From Felis catus (Eukaryota): a DNA stretch of 64,000 bases. The first letter of the stretch is position 1, and every line of letters begins with the position of its first letter. The stretch lies in assembly GCF_018350175.1 (NCBI RefSeq), contig NC_058368.1, forward strand, positions 152,088,001 through 152,152,000, in the 5' to 3' direction. The notes under the pieces are model-generated. The model saw nothing but the letters and a program-made list of their open reading frames with translations, was not told the DNA's origin and searched no databases. A program made the translations under genes and the position numbers. Of this stretch, positions 1-13,842 are shown in pieces.

Positions 1-148
1 AATTATCACAGGCTTTGCCGAGGAAGGAAAGACAAGAATTATGACTGCACACAGGCTCATACTTCAGCAAGTCAATGTTTTTAAATCAATGAAAAACAAT
101 CCAGTGATTGTGTTTGCTTCAAAGAGAAAGCAATGTAAGATGACATAC

Positions 149-406
149 AGTATTTCAAGCTGTTCAAATTACTGATGGCAGAGTGGCAAGATATATATCC
201 ATTAAAACTAAATAGTTGTTTCAGAGTATGTTGGCCAACAGAGATAAATAGTGTCTCTCTGAAGTAAATATAAAATGATTTCCTTACTCAGAGTTTTGGA
301 CCCTATAATGCTTTTAAACCACAAGTACCTCTTACTCGTTTTGGACATTTTCATTTTGCGCCTTCATTCAGAATTTCTTGAGTTAGCCCAACAAAATAAT
401 TTCTGC
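149..406 (-). pseudogene. Two relic exons (336-406 and 149-258) with a 77 nt intron; start of a further RGS-like domain
   Basis: ctctttgctag|..CGA|gtaaga...tttacttcag|AGAG..TACT|gtatgt. Second exon is open: ETLFISVGQHTLKQLFSFNGYISCHSAISNLNSLKY, compared with RGS22 EFEHFRQFLETHSSSMDL (recalled). Confidence 0.5.
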
Positions 407-1053
407 CTAGCAAAGAGGCATATATGTTAGGAACAAAGTATGCATATTTCTATAACAGCCTCACTGATGGTCTTATTTATATTGATAAACTGATCATATT
501 GAATGAGTTAAACATGAATGAGTAAAATGTGTTAAATGCAAAGGCTGCTCTCATAGGAGTATGACGTCATCAATACTACCACCAGGCTAGAAATTAATGA
601 GCCATTTTTAAGTATATTATTTTTTAGAGGAAGAATATGTGCAATTTATCCTTTCTTGATTCTTCTCTCGTCAGCATTTTCATTAATAAACTTAAAAAAA
701 AGAAAACTTTGTTACACAAAGTACTAATCACTTTGCCTTGCATCCTCCTAATCAGTGATAATGATCCTCTCTTCTTTATCTGTCTAGAAATTTCAAGGTA
801 GCTAATGTGGGACCAAAGAATATTGACCAATAAATAGCATTTACCAATTCTAGCTGTTCAAAACTTAACCATATTTCTTCTACACAAAAATTGTGTACAA
901 GTGATCATTTAAAAATGACCTTAGTGTCATGCCAAGCTCCTTTTCTCTCAATTGTAAGCTCTGTCCCTTCTCATAAAACACAGCCTAAAAAAAGAGATAT
1001 GTCCTTCAAAACTGGAAAAAAAATACTTTATATAATCTCTCCTACTATACTAC

Positions 1054-1113
1054 CTTCAAAAAGCAGACCATGATAATAAGTCCAGGAGCCAGGCTTCCAT
1101 TTTCATGAGAAAC
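1054..1113 (-). pseudogene. Relic exon, domain K (helix 7-8)
   Basis: tctcttgcatttttccag|GTTTC...GAAG|gtagta; reads FLMKMEAWLLDLLSWSAF*. Confidence 0.55.
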
Positions 1114-1799
1114 CTGGAAAAATGCAAGAGATACTAACAAATTATGTCTAACAAAGACACCAAATAGAGAAGAGTAGTGTTTGTTGAAGTCTAGAATACA
1201 GTACACTGTTTTTAAATACAAGGTTAAAAGCATATGGATAAAGTGGTTAACTCTGGTTCCTACTCTTTATAAAGAAAACCACACAGGATAATGAAAGATG
1301 GGAAAATGACCAATGTTTGTACTGATCAGTGGTGTAAATATCTATGAGTTTTCAACAATTGACCATTAGAAAGCAACACATTACTATGGTTAAAACAACA
1401 CTGTGGTATATTTAAAGGAATGTAAACTTTTAAGTTAAATAATTGATGAAACAACAACACTAGTGTTTTAATTTTTAAACTCTGCAATTTGGGAAGACAG
1501 CTTAGTCATGGCACAAAATAATTAACAAAGAATATTAAAATCTGGAAAATAGAAAAAAATAGATTTCAAATTCTAATCTCAAATTTAGTAATAATGCTGA
1601 TGCCCCTGAGTATTCTCTATTAATTGTCTATTTTTTTCATTTTCACAATGCTATGCTTATATTGATCTCCATTTATGCTCAAGATCATTGAGTCTGAAAG
1701 CACCTAAGCCAAGAATTAGATTCAGATATGACTAACCTCCAAGTCTGTGACCCAAACTATTACTAAACATTATACTATGAAATCTTGGTTTTACTTCTA

Positions 1800-2595
1800 G
1801 ACCTATTTCTCCCTAAGTTTTCCCCATAATAATAAACTGTCACCCCTCAGTTAGTCAAGCACTAAGCCTAGGCATTACTCTTGACTCCCGTTTTCACTCC
1901 CACTCGACATTCAACCCATCAGCAAGCCCTGCCAACCACTTCAAACTTTTCTCCAAATTTCTACCTGAGTCATCATTTTCTCTCACCCAGAATACTCAAG
2001 ATCCTAACTGGTTTTACTGTGTTCATTCCTGCTATAACACACAGCAGACCTGGTAATATTTAAAAATGTAAATCAGATCTGGCTCCAAAGGTTTCCAACC
2101 CTGCTTATAATAAAATATTAAATCTCTATCCTGACATATCAAAGCCCCACATGAACTAGTCCCTCCCTCTCCCCCCACCTCATCTTCTAGACTCCCTCTT
2201 TTCTAGTAAGAGCCAGACACTAACATGCTAAGTTTACCTCCATCTGTAGAGTCCTTGCACTTGTTCTCACCTCTCCCTGGAGAGCCTTTGCTTAGGGCTG
2301 GCTTTGTCTTACAATCAGATCTCAATTTAGGTGTCACCTCTCCCAGGAAATACCTTTCCTGACTCCCAAATCAAAAGTAGCCAGCCATTCACTCTCTTTT
2401 CACTTTGCCCTATTCTAATTCTCTGCCTAACATTTCACACACCTGGCATTTTCTTGCTTTTGTTGGTTTGTTTACTGTTTTTCTACCCCCAAAAGGACAT
2501 AAGTTCTGTAAGACTTTGTTTAATTCACTGCTGTATTCCCAGTACCCCAGACACTAGATGCTCTGTGAATATTTTTTGAATGAATCATGAATGAA
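1800..2595 (+). mobile_element. L2 LINE 3' fragment (ancient)
   Basis: L2-like phrases (aaatcagatc, gtcacctctcccaggaa..ccttt.cctga, ttcactgctgtattcccagt) ending in tgaatgaat. Confidence 0.7.
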
Positions 2596-3231
2596 GAGAG
2601 CTGCTTCTCACATGTGGAGCATTCTATCAATCACCTGCATAGAATGATTATAGCAGTGTGGACAGCTATCCTCAGTCCTCCTCCCACCCTCCCTTATCAA
2701 AATCACAGATATTGTAGCTTTGGGATTAAAACCTCAATCTAAAAAAAAGAAGTGCTCTTTGTTAAAATTAAGATACTCTCCCCAATAGTTTACATTTTAA
2801 GCTTTAGCAGTCATTTACACCTTAATGTGAGTGAGTTTAATGATTATATATCTGGAAATAGGGATGAAAGAAATAAAAACAAAACAAAACAAAACAAAAC
2901 TTTGAAGCTATTAAACAACTTAAAGTGAGGAAAAGGGGAACTGGGGCTTCAAGACACACCTGAAGAATTCAGAGATTATTCAGCTTCTGTTTTGAAAAGG
3001 ATCTTTGTCTAACAACTGAGGCCTGATGCACACTTAATGTTTCTTAGAAACAATCTTCAAGTACTGACAAAAGATGGCCATCTGTTCTTCTGATGCTAAA
3101 GACAGACAAAGGGAGAGAGAATAAAATGCAGTACAGAGGGTTTGGATTAGATACGGACAAGGATGCCCACACAGAAATGTGAGGTGTTATACAATGGACT
3201 AAATTTCTAGAAGAAAACAATTTTAAATTCC

Positions 3232-3543
3232 CTTAATATGGAGCTCTTTAGAACTAAAGATCCGTATCAGCAAAGATGCTTAAGAATTCAGGAAAATGGA
3301 CTTTATTCTTCTACTCTTGTGAGTGATATCATTTGATAACGGTGAATGAAGATGTCCAAAAGGTCTTAAACCATTAGAACTCCAGGGCAAAGATTGCCTA
3401 ATGACATATGTAACAAATGCAGGACCGTCACAACATGCTGCAGACTGGAGACCAAAAACTCAACCTGAGCACATTCAGCTTTTGTATTCAATTTGCTTGT
3501 ATGAGAGGTCACCTCTTGCATGGCATAGAGGTGCCTGAGTGGT
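3232..3543 (-). pseudogene. Relic exon, domain K (helix 1-6)
   Basis: ctttgtgctctccttgcag|ACCAC. Mosaic VEFLVSSLQ / ACCDGPAFVTYVIRQSLPWSSNGLR / FWT / KSRRIKSIFLNS*ASLLIRIFSSKELHIK, compared with RGS22 ENLLQSL..AGFFFTKF..NSVYFW..YVAPSATLDIGL..KEIYMK (recalled). Donor appears mutated (AAG|ggaatt). Confidence 0.65.
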
Positions 3544-3614
3544 CTGCAAGGAGAGCACAAAGCAAGAAAGAAGAGTGCTAATGGTTTCTGTTACTTTTGC
3601 AATTTTATCCATAC

Positions 3615-3866
3615 GATATTCTTCCTTTCTTCAAATCTTCTTTTATTTGAGTGCCTAACCACCAACCGGTAGAAATTCATGTCCACGATGCAAAATTTCT
3701 CTTCTTTTCTGCTAATTTCCTCTTTCACCCTACACTCCAATACAAACCGGTGCACCAAGGAATAGTTACAGGTTTTGAAGGGTCCGATGAACAAGGGTCT
3801 ACCCATTTTGGTTTTGAAGTTTCAGAAATTTTGTTGACGTTCTTGATGTTTTTAATATCATGTTTT
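3615..3866 (-). pseudogene. Probable relic linker exon
   Basis: aattattttag|AAAAC; donor ATC|gtatgg would give a 71 nt intron to a strong acceptor at 3544. Unique, codon-like sequence with stops and no recognised motif. Confidence 0.4.
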
Positions 3867-4393
3867 CTAAAATAATTTTAGAATTCTGGTATTAGTACAT
3901 TCCATCCAATCTACATGACTGCCTTACGACCAGGTACTTTACATTCTATCATGTTCTAAGGAACTAAAGACCAAATGATGTCCAGCATGCTTTCTGAATG
4001 AAGTTTACACAGTAGTTGTCATCAAAAAGCTCACTGTTGTGAAAACAAACTGAGCAGAAAAAAAAAACTGCCTGACTGACAATACAGGCTAGTCTGACTA
4101 CAGAGCATCTTGCAATAATAGTTCATTATCAGTGCATATAAAACCAAATATGCTCTGGAAAGTGTTTCGTTTAGTTATTTTTATGATTGTATTTTATATT
4201 TTATACATATTTTTAAATTGATTGGCTCATGAAAATAAAAGAATAGTGGTTAAAATTAAAAATTCATTAAAAAGAGAAATAATTAAAGCAATGATGAATC
4301 AAATTGCAGTCCCTTGTGTTCAAAAGCGTACAAAATTACATTGACAATGAATGTCATGGTAAACAAAGAGGTACATTCATTACTTTAAAATAT

Positions 4394-4632
4394 GGGGCGC
4401 CTGGGTGGCGCAGTTGGTTAAGCGTCCGACTTCAGCCAGATCACAATCTCGCGGTCGGTGAGTTCAAGCCCCGCATCGGGCTCTGGGCTGATGGCTCAGG
4501 GCCTGGAGCCTGTTTCCGATTCTGTGTCTCCCTTTCTCTCTGCCCCTCCCCCGTTCATGGTCTGTTTCTCACTGTCCCAAAAATAAATAAAAAATGTTGA
4601 AAAAAAAATTAAAAAAAAATAAAATAAAATAT
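4394..4632 (+). mobile_element. Young felid CAN-SINE (SINEC_Fc-like)
   Basis: ggggcgcctgggtggcgcag head, CT-rich body, A tail, CpGs retained, TSD taaaatat. Confidence 0.95.
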
Positions 4633-5684
4633 AACACAAGACAGAGTTTCAACTGAAAAAAATCTTCATTTTTAATGTTTGTAAATGAATAGTATATCTA
4701 TGGATTTGTTTGGACTTCATACATTATGCTTCATTTTATAGCTGTCTAAACTGTAAACTGTTTTATGTTTATATTTAAGAAACAATATTTAAGAAACTTT
4801 ATATTTAATATAATTTAAGTCAACTCTAAAGTCAAAGGAGTGTTTGTTTGGTTCTTTTTTTCTTTAAAAGGTGTTGGTAAGCTAAGATTAAGAAACACTA
4901 GAATAACTGATCTCTATATGTGTTAAAGGGAAGGTGACTTGATTATTTATTTAAATAACCCACACTGACTCATTAAATAGTTACAAACATTTGTAAAGAA
5001 TTCTTGGTAATCCAAACAAATCTTCACCAAGTGCTTTTGTGCCTTCACAGACATCCTATATGCAACAATCTAACTCAGGGTTGTCACAAACTGGAATCTA
5101 TTTCCCTATACCCCCCACTCCACTCACACTAAATTGATTTTCATAAATCACACTGACCAGTTTGATGACCCAGAGAGAACTGTACTTCTGAAACTTTTGT
5201 GTACATAAGAACCACCAGAGTGCTTGGGTAAAATGAAGATTTTTCAAGCACTTCTTCCAGAAATTCTGATTTATTTGATCTTGGTTAATTCTGAGACTCT
5301 GAATTCTCTACAAGCACCCAAGGTACTACTGATGCAGGGGTCTCAGGGCCACTCAGAGAAACATACTTGACCACAATATAATGAAAACAAAACGAGGGTA
5401 TATTGGGTTCTTCATGATTGTGTCATACAAATAAATGAATGGGTAAGTGGAATGACTGGAGAATTATAGAGATTTGCAAGTGAAGGAATCTTCAGGGCCA
5501 CTCTGATACTGAATACGAGTTGGTAATCATCATTGTTCAATCAGTTTTTGTTAAAGTTTTGCAGACATATCTGTCCATTTGGTGCCCAAGTTTTAAGTGT
5601 CTACATTTTTATGTTATAAGAAGCTTCATTATATAAGGCATTACAAGACTAAACTCTGAAATTTACCTCCTGGGATCATATCCC

Positions 5685-5860
5685 AATTACTCTACTTACC
5701 AGCTATGTGACTATAGACAGTTACTTAACTTCCTGGTGCCTCAGTTTCCTCACCTATCAAACGGGAATGAAAATAATCCCATAGAAAAAATGAGGAAGTT
5801 AAACGAAATAATGTGTACAGCTAGAATGCTGCCTAGCCACATAGTAAGAGTCTAGTAGAT
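5685..5860 (+). mobile_element. MIR fragment
   Basis: MIR core cttaccagctatgtgac..agttacttaac..gcctcagtttcctca. Confidence 0.75.
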
Positions 5861-6519
5861 TTTAGGTAGCCTTCTTAAATGTTCTCATTATTTTTCTCAT
5901 TGCTATTTTCATGATTATATAAATTTTTAAAAATCCACAAATATTTATTAGTAACTTCTATTTATAAAACACAGTGCTAGAAAAAAGGACAAAATTCAAG
6001 CTCTATTCCAAAATACCTTATAAGCTAATGGAAAAATTTAGATATGTGTTCAAGTAAAAACAATAGAAAGTGGAGCAAGCAGAAATTAATAAAAGAGAAA
6101 TCATATGTGGAAAGAGTTCAGAGAAGTGTGCCATTATTTGTGGCCTATGTAAATGAGAAAATCAGAGATGCTTCATGGCAGAGCGATCATTTGTGCTGAG
6201 AACTTAATGACTGAAATATGGAGATAAAGAGCTAAGAGCTTTCCAGGCAGATTGGAGTAGCAAATAAAACATGAAGGTAGAAAAATATGTGGGCATGTTC
6301 TTTAACTGTGAATTATTCCATGTGCTAAAGCATCAAATGCCCAGGGAGAGATAACTTGGAGATGAGCAGAAAAGATAGGTTGGGGGACACATGGTAGAAA
6401 TTCCTAAATATCTTGTTAAATTTGAGCCAGGTTTGAAAGACCAAAAGAAGCCAATAAAGGCTGTGAAAATGGGATCACTGGGGGAAGACTACCTTTAGGG
6501 GAATTAGCAAGATGCCCTG

Positions 6520-6749
6520 GCAGTCATTCTCAAAATGTGGTCCATGGACCCATAAGATCAGCATCACCTGGAGAAAATTCACAGTGAAATTCTGGCGTGC
6601 CTGGGTGGCTCAGTCAGTTAAGCATCCAACTCTTGATTTTAGCCCGGGTCATGATCTCACAGTTTGTGAGACAGAGCCACACTGTAATGTGCACTGACAG
6701 GGAGAAACCTCCTTGGGATTCTCTCTTCCCCGCTCTCTCTGACTCTCTG

Positions 6750-6848
<99 letters not shown>

Positions 6849-6990
6849 AAATAAATAAACATTCAAAATGCAAATTCTGGGGCCTCTTCATAGACCACCT
6901 GAACTAGAACTTCTAAGGATGCTTTATGTGTTCTAACAATTCCTCAAGGTGGTTGAAATTCAACCTCAAATCAAAGAACCACTGCTGTTA
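6520..6990. mobile_element. MER5-like hAT DNA element interrupted by a CAN-SINE (6594-6862, +) that carries (TCTCTG)n/(CA)n
   Basis: ttctcaaaatgtggtcc..atcagcatcacctgg, then the SINE, then aaatgcaaattctgggg..agaaccactg. Confidence 0.8.
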
Positions 6991-7877
6991 AGTATAGAAT
7001 AGATTGAGCGGGGGCGGGGGGAAGAGATCAGGAGGTATAAGTTCCACTGTGAACCAAGTGAACCAATTAGGAATTACGGAAAAAACTATTAAAATCCCAT
7101 GTAAGAGGAAGTTAGAGCCTGACCTAAATCAGTCGGAATAAAGAAAAAGGGGTTGAGCCAAAAATATTGTGAAAAATAAAGTCAACATTCTTGGCATTTG
7201 TTAGTCTTTGCCATCATTAATTGAAGAAAAATGATTTATCAAAAAGATAACCTTTAGTTCAATTTATATATAGGTTTGAAAATATGAAAGTGGGCTAATT
7301 GCACGAACTTTCTTCTACTTTAAAAATTTAAATTCCATTAAAGGAGAAAAGAGAGACTCTTCTGCTGCACAACCATTAAAATTAGCATAGTAAATTTTGT
7401 ATGAATTTGACAATCTCTGTTATCAGTAAATCTAGAACTACCAGACCTCTCTTGCTAAATTCCAACTCTATTTAGTTTCACACTGTGATTTTTTTAATGG
7501 TCTTATTTGTGCATTATTTCAATTTTTCATTATATATTGTGCCATTTAGTATTCTCCATGATTATGTTTTCACTGAACAGATGCACTACGGTTTCACTGC
7601 ACCAAATTCTATGATCCATAATTAGATGTCAATATGTTTTCTTTATGAACTAAATACATTTTTAGTTACTTGGACATTAATTAAAATCACATGCTGGATT
7701 GTTACATCCTTTCAACACATTTTTGAGGAAATATTTTTGGTTTACTTGAATGCTTTAAAACATTCAATTTTATACTATATAATTCTTTTTTCCATAATAA
7801 CAGATACTGTAGCTAATATATAAATATTAATTACAGAGCTACACCACAGAAGCCATTAATGAGATATAACCACTCAC

Positions 7878-7980
7878 ATGCAAAAGCATCGACATTTGAT
7901 GAATTAGGAGAAAAGAATAAATTTTTCTTAATTGTTGTTCTTGAAACATATCATGATCTATATTTACTTTCACAGCAATT
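7878..7980 (-). pseudogene. Relic exon, domain J (helix 7-8)
   Basis: ttcatttattttttcctag-type acceptor and CAT|gtgagt donor. Open frame IAVKVNIDHDMFQEQQLRKIYSFLLIHQ, compared with RGS4 CFDEAQKKIFNLM (recalled). Confidence 0.7.
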
Positions 7981-8389
7981 CTAGGAAAAAAATAAATGAA
8001 ACAAAATTTCTGAAAAATGACAATGACCACTACCGAACTATCACGGGAATAGAAGCAAATTTAAAAACTCATAAAAATTCACCTACAGATAAAAAGAGGA
8101 TGATAAGGTGATACAGACCTCACACTTTTCAGTCATGTTTTTTTGTACCATTCTGAATTTTCTAAACTCATGAATTTGAATGATGCATTTATCTCATGGA
8201 AAAACTGAGAAAAGGCATTCCAAAAGAGAAAGAGAACATTTCTAACCTCTAACAAAATGTAGGAAAATCTAACCCTAGACAGTGACTCCACTCACTGCAG
8301 GCGTTCCCAACTTTTTTTTAAATGTTGTATGAAACCGACCAGAGGTTAGAGGAGAAAGCAAGGTAAGCATATAGAAATTATTCTAGCAC

Positions 8390-8609
8390 GTCTTTGTCAT
8401 TCTGTCTTTGTTTTTCTATTGTTTTCCCATTTAGATCTACACGTAGTTTATGCAAAACTTCAGGTATAAAACTCCCATCAATGCAACTGGTATAATGGTG
8501 GCTACTATGTTTCCTAACATTGGCTCAGGTTCTGCCTCAAATACAAGGAAACATGAAGGAATAAGCTGTGATCTATTTGGAAATTTGTTTATTGAAAATG
8601 ACTCCTCCT
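8390..8609 (-). pseudogene. Relic exon, domain J (helix 5-6)
   Basis: ttctctaaaatcccaag|AGGAGG. Mosaic NIVATII / SCIDGSFIPEVLHKLRVDLNGKTIEK, compared with RGS22 KITTIINCFINSSIPPALQIDI and RGSL1 IPPKLRVNV (recalled). Boundaries approximate. Confidence 0.6.
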
Positions 8610-11600
8610 CTTGGGATTTTAGAGAATATCACATATAGCAAACCGATATTTATTCAAGTCATCTGTGAGGCATCCTGAACTACATACATACAGCTATAGA
8701 GAGTAGGCAAGGGAGCAGGAGTAGGTTCCATTATCTCAGCATTTTAATGATGAGGTAGCATTTTGAGAATATGTTTCAGGAAGGGCCACCTACAAGGACT
8801 GAGCATACTGAACACATAGCCACATTTTACCATTGATATTTACAAGCATGCTTTAACAACAAAGTTCAAAAGCTGAGAAAAATATTTCTGTCTTGATGGT
8901 TCTAGGAGGGAGCACCAAGAGGTTCTTGTCTATTGAGAAGAGATTATTGTTTGAGATTTCTCTTATCTGAAGAGGAGGTTCCATGTTTACATTTAGAGCA
9001 GAACCCATTCATGTTAGAAGTACAGAAGACCGTCTTCTCACACCCCAGACCCACTAAATCAGAATCCACAGTTTGACAAAGCATTCCTGGTGATGTGTAT
9101 TGCACACTAAAGTTTGCCAAGTACTTTCCTAAGGCTCTCATTTAGTCACAATACAGTGCTTATAAATCACATACTCCACAATATCCAGTGCCACCAACCT
9201 TAGATTTTTGGGATGAGAGATGACTGGGTGGAAGCAAATAATTGGGATATATGCTTGTAAATATTCACTATATATCTGAAATTAAAATCAACTGCATGTC
9301 CTGTACTTAATCTGGCAACCCTATCTGGGACCCACACACTGACTCTGTCCCTCCAACTTTGGGGGGACAAAGTGAAACTCCCCCCAGCCTATCCTGAGAC
9401 CAACCTCTTCCACAGGAGTAGCTTTTTGGCCTCTATCCTTCACAGTCAGGAATCACACTCCTATTTGGCTTGCCTGTGCTGAGACCAACCCAATGATGAG
9501 AAAATTACTAAAACCATTGGTAACTTTTTCTTTCTCCTCTAACTTTTCTTTCAATATTTGCTAGTCAAGGCATAGTCAGACTTCCATTTCTGCCAATATG
9601 GCACACCGATCTCTTTCCACCGAAGAAACTTCTAAAATTGTTAATATCAAAAGAAAAGAAGAAAAGAAAAGAAAAGAATTCAAAAGAAAAGAAGAAGTAT
9701 TCAGACTAAAATCTAAGTGAAAGTGGAAATAGTGTTAAGAGGATCTCTGAAACCAGGTTTTCCTCTCGAGGGATTTACTAACCAAATGTAAAATTAAAGT
9801 TCCTTTCATGGCCTTCAAGGGCTCAAGAGACAAGAGGGAAAAATGAAATCTGCTCAAGGTAAGGGGACTAAGAAAAATTCTTAAATAGCTATGACCCTGG
9901 AGTTCCATCCTTCATAGCAGAAGTGCAGTTACAAATATTACCTGAGATTTCAGAAGCAAAAGCTAGTTTTCACATGGACTTGTATCCTAAATTCATACAT
10001 GTGGGTACTCTGAAAATCTCAACCCAAAAAACTGAATTTACATTGATTTCAAACTAGACACAGATACTACACAGAGGTGAAGAGAAATTCCCTCTAGAGC
10101 ACCTATGTTCATCCTGGACAGAAATATTTCCCAAAGTTGAGATTCATAAAGAAACATAAAGCTGTCATTCAAAATTCCATAACTCACCAAATTCCCAAAG
10201 ACATCTAAGAGAAAACAAACACAAAAACAGCAGGGATGGATTTATCAATATAAAATATTAAATAAACATACTTAATATATTTAAATGAATATTAAAATAT
10301 GAATAGAAAAACTAATAGATAATTAAAATGACCAAGAAGATTCAAAAAAGAACCAAAGAGAATTTATGGAAATAAAAAACAATTGATATTTAAGATAGAT
10401 TTAATAATAGATCAGGGATAAATAAAATAAATAATAGGTCAGGGATACATTAGTAAACAGATGAGGAGTCTTAGAGAAAATCCCTAAAATCTGTGATCTT
10501 CAAAGTTCCAATCTTCATAGTAAAGACAAAGTTTACAAAGTAAGTACACAAAAGCCAACTTTTACATAGTTTTGTGGCCTTAATTCACACAATTTGAGTG
10601 CTCTGCAAAACTCACGCTAACAGTTGTGTTTATAGAAACACATACAGAAGAAGAAAAGAAAAACTAAAGTATAGGTAATATTTGAAAAAGTAAATTTCTG
10701 AGAATTATCTGATACAAATGAAAGACATAAATCCACATACTCAAAAGGCCTCCAAATTTCCAAGTTAGAAAAATAAAAAGAAGCTCTCACCTAGACTCAC
10801 CCTAGTGAAACCACAGACACTAAAGATAAAGAGAAAAATCTTACAAGAATTAAAAAGTCAAATTATTTTCCAAAGAGTGAAGTATAGGCTGATAGTTGAC
10901 TTACTTTAACAGTGAATTCCAAATTCAATGGAATAATATATGCAGTGTGATGGGGACAATAATTGTGAACAATTGATTTCAAGAATTCAATGTTCATAAG
11001 AGCAAAAGTAATAATTTATTGTGGAATGACAAAATATAGCCTCCCCCCAAAAATACCAAAATCATATACTTTGGGATAGGAGATATTGGATGTAAGCAAT
11101 ACTAAGGTCCTCATATTTTTAAAAGAAGGATAAGGCTATTGTTTAATATTAGATGGTTATATATTAAGTATTCAAGTTAAATGTCAAGGGTATTCACCAA
11201 AGAAACTATAGTGATTGTAAGAACACAGAACATGTTGCTAATCTCAGTATAATTAAATTAGAGCCCATTAACAAAACAAAAGATAACTAGAATAACCACA
11301 TTTAAAATTAAAAAAAAAAACCACCATCCCAAATAATCATGATTCAAAAAGTAAACATAATGAAACTAATAATATACTTAAATCCAAATGATAATAAAAT
11401 ATTATATATCACTATTGTGGGGTATAATTAAAACAGTATTTAGAAAGGAATTAAAATTATATGTCAATTTTAATAAAGAAATCAGATAATTAAATAAAAT
11501 TAGAAGAACATAAAAATAAACCTTAAGAAAGTAAGAAAAGTCACTGATTCATTCTATTGTATGTGTATTTTCTTTCTTTAAACTTTGTTTTTTATCCTTA

Positions 11601-12722
11601 TAGATACACAAATTTCTCACTCTTTAGAACAATCATAAAATTGCCAATCATATGGCACAAATTTTTTAAAAAATTAGATAATAGAAATAAAAAATGAAGC
11701 ATGACTATATTATAATAAACTTCACAAAGATTATAAGTCGGTTTTATATGAATAAATTTTAAATCCAAGATTAAATGAAAAATTTACTATAAAAATATAA
11801 CTTAAAACGACTGTCTAAAGATGAAATAGAATGTCTTAAGAGTTCTATAACCTGTACAGAAAGTAAATCTGTACATAATTCTTCCTGTACTGAAAATTCC
11901 ATGTTTGGACAGTTTTACCAGTGAGTTCTATGAAGCAGTTAGTGACCATAAAATTAAAATACTAAAAATCTATTCTATGATACAGTAAAAAATAAGCATT
12001 CCTCAAATTATTTTATGAGACTAGAATATCTTGGATACAAACCCAGATAAGGACAATATGAAAAAACTAATCTTATAATCTTTAGATGCATAAATCTAAA
12101 TATAATAAGCAAATTAAACCTAGAAATGTGTGAAAAATTATGACTATATTAGGTTATCCTAGAAATGTATGGGTTGTCTTTACCTTTGAAAACAAATTAT
12201 TGCAATTTATTACATTAATAGACTACAGGGAAAAATCATATAATAGTGTTTATTGGTTTAGAAGAGTTTAATAATTCAGGAATTACACATGATTAAAGGA
12301 AAAAAAACCCGCTCAGCACACAAAAAATAGAAACTTCCTTGACTGGGTAAAGGTATTTGGGGGAAAAAATCGTAAACATTATTCTTAATAGTGGAATAAT
12401 GAAAGCTTTCCCTACAGCATCTGACAAGACAATGATACTTACTATCTTCACTTTTATTCACCATTATACTAACTGTCATGGCCAGTATAGTAAGGCAAGA
12501 AAAGGAAATCAAAAGAAATGAGAATATAAAAACTTTCATTAATCATGGATATATTACTGCTTCACTACAAAACTTAAGAAAATCAATAGATATATTATTA
12601 GAATTGATTAGAAGTCAAGTTTAGCAAGCTTGTAGGATACAAAATAGCATAGGAAAGTCAATTATATTTTTTATACCTCAGCCACAAATTTAGAATGTAC
12701 AACATTCTAAAATGTTATTTAA

Positions 12723-12945
12723 GAGGCGCCTGGGTGGCTCAGTCGGTTAAGCATCTGATTTGGGCTCAGGTCATGATCTCACAGTCTGTGAGTTTGAGCC
12801 CCAAAGCAAGCTCTGTACTGAGAGCTCAGAGCCTGGAGCCTTCTTTGGATTCTGTGTCTCCCTCGCTCTGTATGCCCCTCCCCTATTCATGCTCTCTCTC
12901 TGTCTCAAAAATAAATAAACATTAAAAAAATGTCAAATAAAAATA
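12723..12945 (+). mobile_element. CAN-SINE
   Basis: ggcgcctgggtggctcagtcggttaag head and aataaataaacattaaaa tail. Confidence 0.93.
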
Positions 12946-13626
12946 AAGATAAAATATTAATGTTTTATAGAAATATATGGTCTAAAAAGTAAATCTAGCA
13001 AAATTCTGTAAAAATTTTATAGAGAAAGTTATACATTTTATTAAATATTAAATAAGATTTAAATAAATAGAGAGATGTACATAAGTTGGAGAATTTGATA
13101 ACATAAATTCCAAATCTCCCCAAATTTACCAATAAAATTCTAAACAGTCTCTAAATAACAGTTTTTAAATGTAATTTGAGAGGTGATTAATAGGAGAAAA
13201 GCAAAGGGCCAAAACCTGCTAAGAGAAGAAGGTGGCATGTATCTCCTACCAAGTATCAAGAATTATTTTTAATTTATTAAATTTAAGACAGTGTGGTATT
13301 TCTAGAGACTAAAAATAGTTCAATCAAACAACAAATCCCCCCCCAAAAAATCCACAAATTCAAGGAAACTTGATTTATGACAAAAATGACATTTCAGATC
13401 AATGGTATAAATATGGCATTTACAACAAATAGTGGGACAACTGGTTACCCATATGGGAAACACAAACAAAACTGAGTTTTCCCTAATACCTTTCACAAAA
13501 ATCAACCCAGATCTAAATATGGAAACCAAAACTATAAAAGTTTTATGAAACAGTATAGAACACTATTTTGTAAACACAGTAAGGACCACATACAAAAAGT
13601 GCTAGGATTGAAAATTGAACCATGTG

Positions 13627-13627
13627 A

Positions 13628-13683
<56 letters not shown>

Positions 13684-13842
13684 AAAAGAGAAGGAGGGAG
13701 AAAGAAAAGAAAAGAATGAAAAGAAAGAAGAAAAGAAAGGAAAAGAGAAGGAAAGGAAAGGAAAGGAAAGGAAAGGAAAGGAAAGGAAAGGAAAGGAAAG
13801 GAAAGGAAAGGAAAGGAAGGGAGGAAAGAAGGAAGGAAAAAA
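13627..13842. repeat. (GAAA)n / (GGAAA)n compound microsatellite
   Basis: Direct reading. Confidence 0.95.

Noticed and set aside
3505..3536. Short imperfect inverted repeat ggtcacctct..agaggtgcc
   Set aside because: Too short to distinguish from chance in 64 kb.
4394..4470. tRNA gene in SINE heads
   Set aside because: These are tRNA-derived CAN-SINE 5' regions, not cloverleaf tRNA genes.
8301..8362. Plus-strand candidate exon (ctcactgcag|GCG...AAG|gtaagc)
   Set aside because: Isolated splice-signal pair with no coding signal. It could belong to an antisense RNA, but the sequence alone cannot support that.
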